A DNA stretch of 64,000 nt from a virus. The DNA lies in IMG/VR virus record IMGVR_UViG_3300032214_001462, positions 16,663 to 80,662 of that record. One strand, written 5' to 3'. The notes under the pieces were generated by a model. It had not been told where the DNA came from. It ran no database searches and was given only the letters and a program-made list of their open reading frames with translations. Shown piece after piece: positions 1 to 7,360 of this stretch (positions are counted from its first letter, which is position 1; the number at the start of each line of letters is the position of its first letter). Position numbers and translations under genes: made by a program.

Positions 1-24
1 TCATGCTCAGGACGTATGACTTAG

Positions 25-267
25 TTAGTCAAGCTCTACAAGTTGCCATTGAGGATCGAGGGAATCAAGATAGCTACAGAAGCCGTCTTCATCAAGAGGT
101 ATTGGTTCCTCTGGATCCAGTTCAATAGTTGCTTGACACAATGCTGGAGCCCACTCTTCAGGTTCGAAGCGAGTCGCCCGATAGAGGAGGCGCATTTCGT
201 CAACAAGAGCTGTAACTGTGACATGAGTATCTGTGAATTGAGTATGTTCGATTGCGAGTACAGTCAT
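25..267 (-). CDS. hypothetical early protein (acidic)
   Basis: 80-aa ORF whose start overlaps the stop of 267..452. Confidence 0.7.
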   Translation of the reverse strand: MTVLAIEHTQFTDTHVTVTALVDEMRLLYRATRFEPEEWAPALCQATIELDPEEPIPLDEDGFCSYLDSLDPQWQLVELD

Positions 268-452
268 TAGTCAGGTTCCACAAATGAAACTGTGTTTGAT
301 ATGAAACACTTGTAACGAGTCCACGCCCTTGCAGTTGTGTGCTCGCCCATGAAACGATTGTTATCAAGGCAATTTTGATGTGCACGTTCCGATGCACAAC
401 GTGCAATGTTGATGCGTTCGAACAAGCTGAGGTTTGTGTCTCTGTTGTACAT
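267..452 (-). CDS. hypothetical early protein
   Basis: ATG preceded by the CTCAACTCAACTC leader typical of this cluster. Confidence 0.7.
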   Translation of the reverse strand: MYNRDTNLSLFERINIARCASERAHQNCLDNNRFMGEHTTARAWTRYKCFISNTVSFVEPD

Positions 453-476
453 GAGTTGAGTTGAGTAATTGGATTT

Positions 477-510
477 GATCTAGGACTTACACCTTACGGA
501 TGCCTAGATC
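477..510 (-). promoter_or_regulatory. intergenic hairpin, family III copy A
   Basis: GATCTAGG/CCTAGATC stem, C-GTAA-G tetraloop, GTGTAAGTCC shared with 1567..1607. Confidence 0.55.
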
Positions 511-511
511 T

Positions 512-709
512 TTAGATTAATTTAATGTTTGGAATGCTCAATCCTGTGCCAGGAACACTGAGTGATCCTTTGACACCATTTGGATTGGCATTGAGAGTTA
601 GTTGGAATGGACCAAGCTTAATCGCTTTGGTCATTGATTTAATTCCGTGTTCAGTTATGTTGACACCATGGATGGTGCGATCAAAACTGATGAGTGATTT
701 CTTAGTCAT
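512..709 (-). CDS. DUF4236-like small protein
   Basis: IKLGPFQLTLN...GSLSVPGTGLS resembles the DUF4236 signature. Confidence 0.55.
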   Translation of the reverse strand: MTKKSLISFDRTIHGVNITEHGIKSMTKAIKLGPFQLTLNANPNGVKGSLSVPGTGLSIPNIKLI

Positions 710-915
710 TTGAGGTCTTCAGGTAGGAGTGCATTGGCATCATCGTCATCCATATTTGTCATGACGAATTTCTGTCCATCGGGGGATATAAAGCCACCGA
801 TGAAACCGATGCCATGTTTATCTGCTGATTCTTTCATCTTTGCTACAAGCTGCATAGCTTGAAGTCTTTGCATATCCAGAGAGTCTGGTATGCGAGGAGT
901 GTTTGGTGTTGGCAT
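706..915 (-). CDS. hypothetical early protein
   Basis: ORF with A/C-rich leader, ATGA-coupled to the next gene. Confidence 0.7.
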   Translation of the reverse strand: MPTPNTPRIPDSLDMQRLQAMQLVAKMKESADKHGIGFIGGFISPDGQKFVMTNMDDDDANALLPEDLK

Positions 916-1077
916 TGATGTTGAGTTGATTAACTGATGAAGTCTATCAGGGTTGTAAAGGGTTGATTGATGTATTAAAAGATATTACTTATAGATAGTA
1001 CTTATATAAACCATAGATCCCCCCTGGTACTCCACTGGGGGAGTGTGAGGGGGGGAATACATGTGTACTACCTGATG

Positions 1078-1548
1078 TTACCGATGCATCTCCTGGTGTT
1101 CTTTCCATGCAGCTGCATGCATTTCTGCTGCAGTGATGGGTGGTTCACCAGGTTCGTTAGGTGTTGGATCGTAGTCGATCTCATCTTCCAACATGCCGAT
1201 GACCTCATCGACAATGTTACGCATGTGCGGATCAAGATGCTCGTCCATTTGATGACGCTTATCTTCGCGAGCACAAATGGCTTTAAGTGCATCAACTACT
1301 AGCTTTAGTTGATGGTACTCATTCTTGGTCCAATCAATTGCTGGATACTTCTTGGTTTGTTCCATGGTTGAGTTAAGGTTGAGGTTGGGTTGTAGATACC
1401 AATCGTGTTTGTTTACCATTGCTTCACAGTGGTAACACTGAAGTGCTGTCCACTGGAAGTGATAAACAGTTGTCCGATTGTTGCACTGTGGGCAGTAAAT
1501 AGATTTACCACCTTGCGATGCACGTGTTGAGTCTGTTACTTGTGTCAT
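1078..1548 (-). CDS. zinc-ribbon protein; possible internal start at about 1365 (MEQTKK)
   Basis: CPQC...CYHC motifs; an A/C-rich leader is embedded in frame before the second Met. Confidence 0.6.
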   Translation of the reverse strand: MTQVTDSTRASQGGKSIYCPQCNNRTTVYHFQWTALQCYHCEAMVNKHDWYLQPNLNLNSTMEQTKKYPAIDWTKNEYHQLKLVVDALKAICAREDKRHQMDEHLDPHMRNIVDEVIGMLEDEIDYDPTPNEPGEPPITAAEMHAAAWKEHQEMHR

Positions 1549-1566
1549 TGACAGATCACAGTAAAT

Positions 1567-1607
1567 CCTGGGACTTACACACCGTACTTACGTAGGTGAA
1601 GCCCAGG
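1567..1607 (-). promoter_or_regulatory. intergenic hairpin, family III copy B
   Basis: CCTGGG/CCCAGG stem, C-GTAA-G tetraloop, GTGTAAGTCC. Confidence 0.55.
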
Positions 1608-1676
1608 TGTGGACTGATGTATTGGCATGTATTCGCTATTTGCGAATAGCAAATATATAACGGAAGTGTTATGGAG

Positions 1677-1931
1677 TCATAGCCCGGTCTTAGGTTCGAG
1701 CATGATCCAGCCAGTGTAGTTAGCACTGGTTCGATCAACGCGTAGTAATCCGTATTGTTCTAGTTTGATCAATGCGTTGAGATATTGATCAAGCCTTGAT
1801 ATTTGGGTTGAACACCGTGGCACATAGCACGGAGTGTTCTTATGCTTCTTCTTGTGATTCAAGAAGTAGAGATATAGATTTCGCTGATTGATTGTCAGGC
1901 CTGGTGCTAGGCCCAGTACTTCTGTTGTCAT
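1677..1931 (-). CDS. hypothetical protein, winged-helix-like
   Basis: LTINQRNLYLY...LIKLEQYGLLRV pattern. Confidence 0.5.
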   Translation of the reverse strand: MTTEVLGLAPGLTINQRNLYLYFLNHKKKHKNTPCYVPRCSTQISRLDQYLNALIKLEQYGLLRVDRTSANYTGWIMLEPKTGL

Positions 1932-2299
1932 CAGCAGTAGTGTGGTTTGATTTCGGGATAGACTTTAGCGTATCCGTTGTCAAAGTTGACTTCGTAGTTC
2001 GAGTACGTCGTTGAGAGGCCAAGGCTTGGCTGCTCTTGGATCTCGTACTCGTCGAAGTATTGGATGAAGGTTTGGACTGCTTGCTTCTTGGAGAAGATGC
2101 AGTGGGTAAGGACTGGGTATCCTGCTTGGTAGTACCAACCACCTTCCTCTGGACCACCGTAGTTGAGTGTGGTTTCGTGGATGGTGATTGTCGTTGGGGT
2201 TTCGTATTCCCATTCAAGGTGTGTGTTGTAGCGCTGGAGGGCGTAACGCACTTTGTAAGTTCTGGGGTAGAACTTTTGGAGCTCACTGAGATAAGACAT
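1931..2299 (-). CDS. hypothetical phage protein (YGGPEEGGWY motif)
   Basis: 122-aa ORF with a protein-like composition, coupled to the downstream gene. Confidence 0.7.
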   Translation of the reverse strand: MSYLSELQKFYPRTYKVRYALQRYNTHLEWEYETPTTITIHETTLNYGGPEEGGWYYQAGYPVLTHCIFSKKQAVQTFIQYFDEYEIQEQPSLGLSTTYSNYEVNFDNGYAKVYPEIKPHYC

Positions 2300-2374
2300 T
2301 GAATTGAATCGATGAGTGTTGTGATGAGAATGGAGATGAGGGTAATGATGACAATGACGATGTCATCTTCGTGA

Positions 2375-2503
2375 TTACGATTCGTCATCATAGCCCTCCC
2401 ATTCTTCTTCAGTTGTTTCACGCATAGCTTGCTCTTGTTGATATGCAATGTCAGCCATTGCATCAAGCAAGTCTGCGTTGAAGTTGTTATCGAGGTTAGT
2501 CAT
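2375..2503 (-). CDS. 42-aa acidic microprotein (not in ORF track)
   Basis: MTNLDNNFNADLLDAMADIAYQQEQAMRETTEEEWEGYDDES after a CTCAACTCAAACC leader. Confidence 0.65.
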   Translation of the reverse strand: MTNLDNNFNADLLDAMADIAYQQEQAMRETTEEEWEGYDDES

Positions 2504-2535
2504 GGTTTGAGTTGAGGTAAGTGGATAAGTGGACA

Positions 2536-2763
2536 CTAGCCGTGGGGTACGAAGTCAGAGTCGCTGAGCAATTGGTGGACTGACAGGCAGTCCTCTGCAA
2601 TCTCATCTCTGGTGCAGCCGTCCCAATCATCAGATTGATCTTCGATCACTTCGCAGCCAATGTCTTCGAGTTGATCGACGAATTGATTCCAGGTACGTGC
2701 TTGGCCCCAGACGTGGGCATAACGCCCAGTGAGGTCAGCGACTAGTGCGATGTGGAGTCCCAT
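2536..2763 (-). CDS. hypothetical acidic protein
   Basis: probable start MGLHIALV. Confidence 0.6.
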   Translation of the reverse strand: MGLHIALVADLTGRYAHVWGQARTWNQFVDQLEDIGCEVIEDQSDDWDGCTRDEIAEDCLSVHQLLSDSDFVPHG

Positions 2764-2938
2764 TGTTCTGTGGTGTGATGTTGGTGATGTCAACGCCTAA
2801 CAGTGCAGGCACTGTGAATGAGGCGATGATGATGGCAAAGGTTGCGACCAGTACATTCCCTAGTCGATTCTCATGAGTCTCACCATAAGAATCAAGGGTG
2901 ATGTACTTGCCTTTGCCCATGGAGTAAATAGTTCGCAT
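2735..2938 (-). CDS. small membrane protein
   Basis: start MRTIYS after an A/C leader; one hydrophobic segment. Confidence 0.6.
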   Translation of the reverse strand: MRTIYSMGKGKYITLDSYGETHENRLGNVLVATFAIIIASFTVPALLGVDITNITPQNNGTPHRTSR

Positions 2939-2958
2939 GGTGTTGTGTGCAGTTGCTG

Positions 2959-3028
2959 CAGGAGGTGAGTCCTGCAGTAAACCCACCACCGATACGGATC
3001 CGTATCAATGGAAGGGTTAAGAGCAGGA
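2959..3028 (-). repeat. intergenic long hairpin, family II copy 1
   Basis: TCCTGCTCTTAA...TTTACTGCAGGA-CTCACC-TCCTG. Confidence 0.7.
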
Positions 3029-3033
3029 GTCTG

Positions 3034-3417
3034 TCAGAAAGGAATTTCTTCCAGTGTAGGTTCTACCTGGAGTGTTGGTTCAACCGTTGCCTTGGGCTTA
3101 GGTGCTGAACCAATGGTTGCCCTTACGTTTGTAAGAGCGATCTCTGGGTAGCGAAGAGGAAGTAGTTGTTCATCCTTGGTGTAGTGCGTACGAATACTTG
3201 CGATCCGTACGTCCCACTGGCTAAGGATGAGTTGCTGTCCGACAACGAATGTACCGTTGCGGTAAGCAGTTAACAATCCGTTGGAATTGTTAAATTTAAT
3301 CCGACAAGACTTGTCGTATGCATCATTGACTGCAACTGTGATTGCAAGGAATTCACGTCCTTCATAGGTCGCGACTTCCATGTAAGTAACGTTGCCAATG
3401 ATGGTGTTAGAGAACAT
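3034..3417 (-). CDS. single-stranded DNA-binding protein-like
   Basis: N-terminal TIIGNV OB-fold start and C-terminal EEIPF tail. Confidence 0.6.
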   Translation of the reverse strand: MFSNTIIGNVTYMEVATYEGREFLAITVAVNDAYDKSCRIKFNNSNGLLTAYRNGTFVVGQQLILSQWDVRIASIRTHYTKDEQLLPLRYPEIALTNVRATIGSAPKPKATVEPTLQVEPTLEEIPF

Positions 3418-3443
3418 GGTTGGTATGAAGTTGAGTTGATGTA

Positions 3444-3515
3444 CAGGATGTTGAGTCCTGCAGTAAACCTACCGTCGTAGTACATACGTACTGACGGCAG
3501 GGCTTAGAGCAGGGA
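3444..3515 (-). repeat. intergenic long hairpin, family II copy 2
   Basis: 25 nt (3443-3467) identical to 4043-4067. Confidence 0.7.
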
Positions 3516-3719
3516 TCAGTTTAGATACTTTGCATTAATGCAGTAGTAGCTATCACCAAGGAAGCTCTTGGTGTAGATCAGGTTATGTCCTGGTCTGTTG
3601 TTGCATGTCTTCTTGTAGTGTTGGTTGAGTAGCTTCTGGCCTCCAGCAGAAAGGAATAAGCCACAACCAACGCCGAGAACAAGAGCAACACAGGAATCGA
3701 TAAAGTGATTGTTTGTCAT
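3516..3719 (-). CDS. small membrane protein
   Basis: N-terminal hydrophobic helix; A/C leader. Confidence 0.6.
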   Translation of the reverse strand: MTNNHFIDSCVALVLGVGCGLFLSAGGQKLLNQHYKKTCNNRPGHNLIYTKSFLGDSYYCINAKYLN

Positions 3720-3745
3720 GGTGTTATGTAGTGTGTTAAGAACGC

Positions 3746-4018
3746 TCACATCATTTGCATGATGCGTTCTTGTTCCATGTCGATGCTGTACTCGTAGTAC
3801 TCATGCATCTCCATGAGCATGTCTTTCATTGAGCTTGGTAATCCACCGCCGAGAGTACGGACATCACGCTCCAACCATTCCTGGTATGTAGCATTGGTAT
3901 CGGCGTCGAATGTATTCCATAGCTTCTCGAAGTGAAGCATGGTTGATTCACCGCCGTACCATGTGATGCGATACTGATGTTCGCCGGATGGTTTGTAGAC
4001 CAGTGCAGGTGTTGTCAC
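3746..4018 (-). CDS. hypothetical early protein
   Basis: GTG start at 4018 after CTCAACTCAACA; the ORF-track extension runs through a hairpin. Confidence 0.6.
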   Translation of the reverse strand: MTTPALVYKPSGEHQYRITWYGGESTMLHFEKLWNTFDADTNATYQEWLERDVRTLGGGLPSSMKDMLMEMHEYYEYSIDMEQERIMQMM

Positions 4019-4043
4019 TGTTGAGTTGAGGTAGTGTTGATGA

Positions 4044-4091
4044 CAGGATGTTGAGTCCTGCAGTAAAGGCCCGTAGGCCCTTAGTGCAGAA
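4044..4091 (-). repeat. intergenic hairpin, family II copy 3
   Basis: TTCTGCACTAAGGGCC-TACG-GGCCTTTACTGCAGGA-CTCAACA-TCCTG. Confidence 0.7.
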
Positions 4092-4092
4092 G

Positions 4093-4266
4093 TCAAAGTT
4101 CAGTCTTGGGAGTAATGACAAATGCCATATCGTTAGGCATCAGCAGGGCTGCTGCACGTATACGGTATTCATTTAGCTTGGTGCTGACATACTCCTTAGA
4201 TTTGTCACTCTCCAGCATTGCTGCTGTTGAGATAAGTGCATTGGCTAGTCCTTTGCGGATACCCAT
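4093..4266 (-). CDS. hypothetical early protein
   Basis: start MGIRKG after an A/C leader. Confidence 0.6.
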   Translation of the reverse strand: MGIRKGLANALISTAAMLESDKSKEYVSTKLNEYRIRAAALLMPNDMAFVITPKTEL

Positions 4267-4281
4267 ATTGTGTAGTGTAGA

Positions 4282-4349
4282 TGCCACGGGATTGTGGCAA
4301 TAACTGGGCAGGGGTTTGCACCCTGCCACCCGCTTTAACGGATCAGCTA
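4282..4349 (-). ncRNA. tRNA-like three-way-junction element, copy 1
   Basis: P1 TAGCTG/CAGTTA; P2 loop TTAAAG; 7-bp P3 with TGCAAAC T-loop; then a TGCC..GGCA hairpin. Confidence 0.55.
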
Positions 4350-4546
4350 GTTTGGAAGGCTGACCTGAACATTGAGTCATACACCTTATGTGTAACCTCG
4401 CGGTTCGGATCGTTAATCGCAACAAAGCGATCAACCATTTCAGCTAGGCAGACTTCATAGTCAACCATTCTCTGACAACAATCTTCAATTGCTGCCTCAC
4501 GAAGTGAGATCAGCACTTCAAGAGTGTGAGCAAGAGCTTGGTCCAC
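4343..4546 (-). CDS. hypothetical early protein
   Basis: AGGAG followed by a GTG start. Confidence 0.6.
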   Translation of the reverse strand: MDQALAHTLEVLISLREAAIEDCCQRMVDYEVCLAEMVDRFVAINDPNREVTHKVYDSMFRSAFQTS

Positions 4547-4568
4547 AGGAATCTCCTGTTGTGTGCGG

Positions 4569-4641
4569 TGCCTATCTCCGCTGGAGGCAATGACCAGAGC
4601 CAGGCATTGCACCTGGCTTGGGAGCTATAACTCACCTGGCC
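4569..4641 (-). ncRNA. tRNA-like three-way-junction element, copy 2
   Basis: P1 GGCCAG/CTGGTC; P2 loop TTATAG; 7-bp P3 with TGCAATG loop; then a TGCC..GGCA hairpin. Confidence 0.55.
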
Positions 4642-4811
4642 TGAAGCTGACGTACGAACTTACGTGCGTTGTTAACTGACATCGTGGTGCTGCAGTCGTA
4701 ACCCTTCTGGCTCTTACGAACCAGCTTGGTGATACGAGCTAAGCCCACTTGCTTGTTAACCACGAAGTGATACGTTGCTTGCTTGGTTGAGATTGTGAAG
4801 AAGATGTCCAT
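4632..4811 (-). CDS. 59-aa basic early protein (not in ORF track)
   Basis: MDIFFTISTKQATYHFVVNKQVGLARITKLVRKSQKGYDCSTTMSVNNARKFVRQLQAR. Confidence 0.6.
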   Translation of the reverse strand: MDIFFTISTKQATYHFVVNKQVGLARITKLVRKSQKGYDCSTTMSVNNARKFVRQLQAR

Positions 4812-4834
4812 TGATTTGAGATGGATTGAAGGTT

Positions 4835-4860
4835 GCTGCGTTTAACGTCCAGCTCGACGT
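4835..4860 (-). promoter_or_regulatory. compact H-type pseudoknot in the leader of the early region
   Basis: ACGTC-GAGCTG-GACGT-TAAAC-GCAGC. Confidence 0.45.
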
Positions 4861-4967
4861 AGCTATCAAAGTAGATAGATAAGAATCAAGTGCTGAACTG
4901 CGTTCTCACCCTTGGTCCTCCCTTGAAAGCTACTGTCTTATATGGACGAGAGCGGGGCGGGGCGCAG

Positions 4968-5028
4968 ATTATACCCATGTGCGATACGGATTCGTATCAA
5001 AATCAAGGTAAATGTATCAAATTATACA
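4968..5028 (-). promoter_or_regulatory. candidate early promoter (TATAAT), GATAC-N6-GTATC palindrome and NtcA-type box
   Basis: minus-strand TATAAT at 4968-4973; TGTA-N8-TACA at 5013-5028. Confidence 0.35.
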
Positions 5029-5278
5029 GTTCTAAGGGTGTTTAGTGAGCGCAGCGAGCGCTCCCTTCGTGAACGAAGTGAACTCTACATGCTTCTAAGC
5101 ATTTATACTCACTTCCTCACAGGTAACACCCTATCCTTTCTTTTTTTCTATACGTAATCCACTACGCGTAGGGTATATAAGAAGCGTCAGCAAATTTTTT
5201 ATCCTTTTTTGACCTCTATAGGAGCCGATTTTTGTAAAGAATGTAAGGTTATACTTGCTTTTGCCCAAGAAAACACAC

Positions 5279-5303
5279 AAAAAAGCCGGGTTTTTACCCC
5301 GGC
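5279..5303 (-). terminator. intrinsic terminator
   Basis: GCCGGG stem plus T6, downstream of 5333..5542. Confidence 0.7.
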
Positions 5304-5332
5304 GTTACCAAAATTTATTTTTAATTTTTTAT

Positions 5333-5542
5333 TCAGAGGTTTTGTTTACCCCATTTTGCTGCAGCTGAAGAAGCCTTTGCGTAAGCTTCGGGATCTGGAC
5401 GCTCTGAAGAGAGTTTATTCCGTGCCCCAATAATAAATTGCTGGACTTCTGTATCGCTAGTCCCTTCTTTTTTTAATTTATCCGCTGCATCAGCAATTGC
5501 ATTGAGTGCAATCGCTTTTTCAATGCGATTTTTTGGGTTCAT
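5333..5542 (-). CDS. hypothetical protein
   Basis: 69-aa ORF followed by a terminator. Confidence 0.65.
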   Translation of the reverse strand: MNPKNRIEKAIALNAIADAADKLKKEGTSDTEVQQFIIGARNKLSSERPDPEAYAKASSAAAKWGKQNL

Positions 5543-5660
5543 AAGCCCAATTCCCGTTTTCTTGACTTATTTTCTTGTCAATAGTCTAGCGTATTCGCAT
5601 TTTTCTTAAATTCTTCGAAGTAAAATACACATAACAAAGATACAAAAAAATAAATTAACC

Positions 5661-7358
5661 ATGGCGCTAGCACCTGCTGATTTTTACGCCTACAGCCAGG
5701 CCACTGGTACGCCATACCCAGAAGATCCGGAAGAACGTGCAGCTCTAGCCCCACAGGTCGCTGCTTTCCGCCGTAGTCAGCTTCAGCCTGCCCAGGAGCA
5801 GTCCAACCTTCCAGGCATTCTTGGCGCCGCAGCCCTTGGCTTAGGTGCCTTAGCCGGTGGTGCAGTACTTGCTAGACGTTTCGCCGGAAAGAAACCTACT
5901 TCTACTGTTGGGCTGACAGCTGAAGGAGCACAGAACGTACAAAATATTGGAACAATGGCACGGCAAGCAGCAAATGAAGCTGCTGTAATCCAAGCTCGCG
6001 CAGAACGTCCACAAGGAATTCAACAAGTTGACCTGTCTGCTGTCAATAAACTTTTAAATGACAAATCTTTGTTAGCTGCCGTTGAAGCACAAGAAGCTGT
6101 TGAGTCTTTAACGCCGCAACAACTATCTGAATTCCGTGGTGCTGAGTCACGTGCACGTAATGAATATCGTGGTGCAATCACCGCAATAGGTGATGAGATC
6201 ATTGCACAAGAAAGAGCAGCTGCAAAGATTCCTGTTGTCAACCAAACGTTAGGTGCATTGGAATCTGGTGAAGACCAGGTGACTGGTCGTATCTTGCGTG
6301 GTGTACAGAGAAATGAAGATCTTGATTCTTCCGTTGTTAACGCAGTTGCTAAACAAACTGGTAATGCAGAAGTTGCAGCATCTTTAACACCTGATGGTGT
6401 ACCTAAAGATCAGCTGGAACTTAATCAACCCTACACAGCTCAAGAACTTGTTGAGGTAGCAAAGCAAGAAATGCTTTCGCGTCGCCAGTCTTTAGAGCAA
6501 GCTGGGATGCGTCCAGGAACCGTAAGGTTTGAAAGGGCACTCGCTCAGCCTTTCCGCACATCACAAAACGCTGTTGTCACTGGTACAGCACCCGTTGGTC
6601 TTGCCTTACCGGCAGGAGCAATTCGTCAGACCGTTGAATCAGTTGGTGCCGGTGAACCGTTAATTGAAAAGGCTGTTCTTAACATTGGCCCACAAGCAGT
6701 TTTAACATCTACAGCGGCAGGCACCGCAATCCGTGGTGCATCACCCAGCTATTACGAGGCGCTTCCCAAACAAGAGCTTCGTCAGCTTTACGGAGCGGCT
6801 GATCCCTTGGTGCCAGGTGCACCTGATGAATTAGTGCCAGATCTTCCTGCTTCCTTGCGCATCCGCGGAGGTGTCGCACCAGATGTGGAGCCAGAACTTC
6901 TTTCCAAACAAGAAATTCAATATAGTGTTTTAGATAGGCCCCAAGTTGCTGGCCCTGCGGGTGGCTCTGCAGGCATCGGCATTTACGGTATCGAACCAGG
7001 CTTCGTACCCGGAGCAGTTACAAAATCAACTGGCGAGTACAGTGAAGCGTCTTCTCGTAAGCCAAGCTATGTTCCAGGTTGGCTGCAACGCAAAGCAGGA
7101 CGTACCGGTTTTGAGAATCTAAATACTGCACAGCTTGCGACCGCTGCCGAGAACGCAAAGGCACCTAAGATTCAAGCTGCGTTAGAGAACGAACTAGGCA
7201 AAAGAAAAGCCGCTCAAGAGAGTATAGAATTATCAGAAGAAATGCGTCGAACTAGAATGGAAAGACCAGATGCACAAAATTTCTTGGCAGAAAAAATGCA
7301 GCAATTAGGCATTTCTGCCATTGGTGAGTATTCACCCTTACCTCGCCGCTATCGTTGA
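5661..7358 (+). CDS. Ala/Gln-rich putative virion/internal protein
   Basis: 565-aa ORF with one hydrophobic Gly/Ala segment. Confidence 0.65.
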   Translation: MALAPADFYAYSQATGTPYPEDPEERAALAPQVAAFRRSQLQPAQEQSNLPGILGAAALGLGALAGGAVLARRFAGKKPTSTVGLTAEGAQNVQNIGTMARQAANEAAVIQARAERPQGIQQVDLSAVNKLLNDKSLLAAVEAQEAVESLTPQQLSEFRGAESRARNEYRGAITAIGDEIIAQERAAAKIPVVNQTLGALESGEDQVTGRILRGVQRNEDLDSSVVNAVAKQTGNAEVAASLTPDGVPKDQLELNQPYTAQELVEVAKQEMLSRRQSLEQAGMRPGTVRFERALAQPFRTSQNAVVTGTAPVGLALPAGAIRQTVESVGAGEPLIEKAVLNIGPQAVLTSTAAGTAIRGASPSYYEALPKQELRQLYGAADPLVPGAPDELVPDLPASLRIRGGVAPDVEPELLSKQEIQYSVLDRPQVAGPAGGSAGIGIYGIEPGFVPGAVTKSTGEYSEASSRKPSYVPGWLQRKAGRTGFENLNTAQLATAAENAKAPKIQAALENELGKRKAAQESIELSEEMRRTRMERPDAQNFLAEKMQQLGISAIGEYSPLPRRYR

Positions 7359-7360
7359 TC

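Noticed and set aside
934-950. CTGATGA as a hammerhead ribozyme core
   Set aside because: No properly placed GAAA or three-stem architecture; only a simple inverted repeat
2959-4091. Family II repeats as a CRISPR array
   Set aside because: Only three copies, separated by whole genes; no cas genes; the nuclease at 55489 lacks the Cas4 Fe-S cysteine pattern
4282-4641. tRNA-like elements as true tRNA genes
   Set aside because: No anticodon arm, and only about 50 nt
5046-5083. GAGCGCAGCGAGCG...GAACGAAGTGAAC, similar to short motifs near plasmid origins
   Set aside because: Too short to assign a function or to indicate vector contamination
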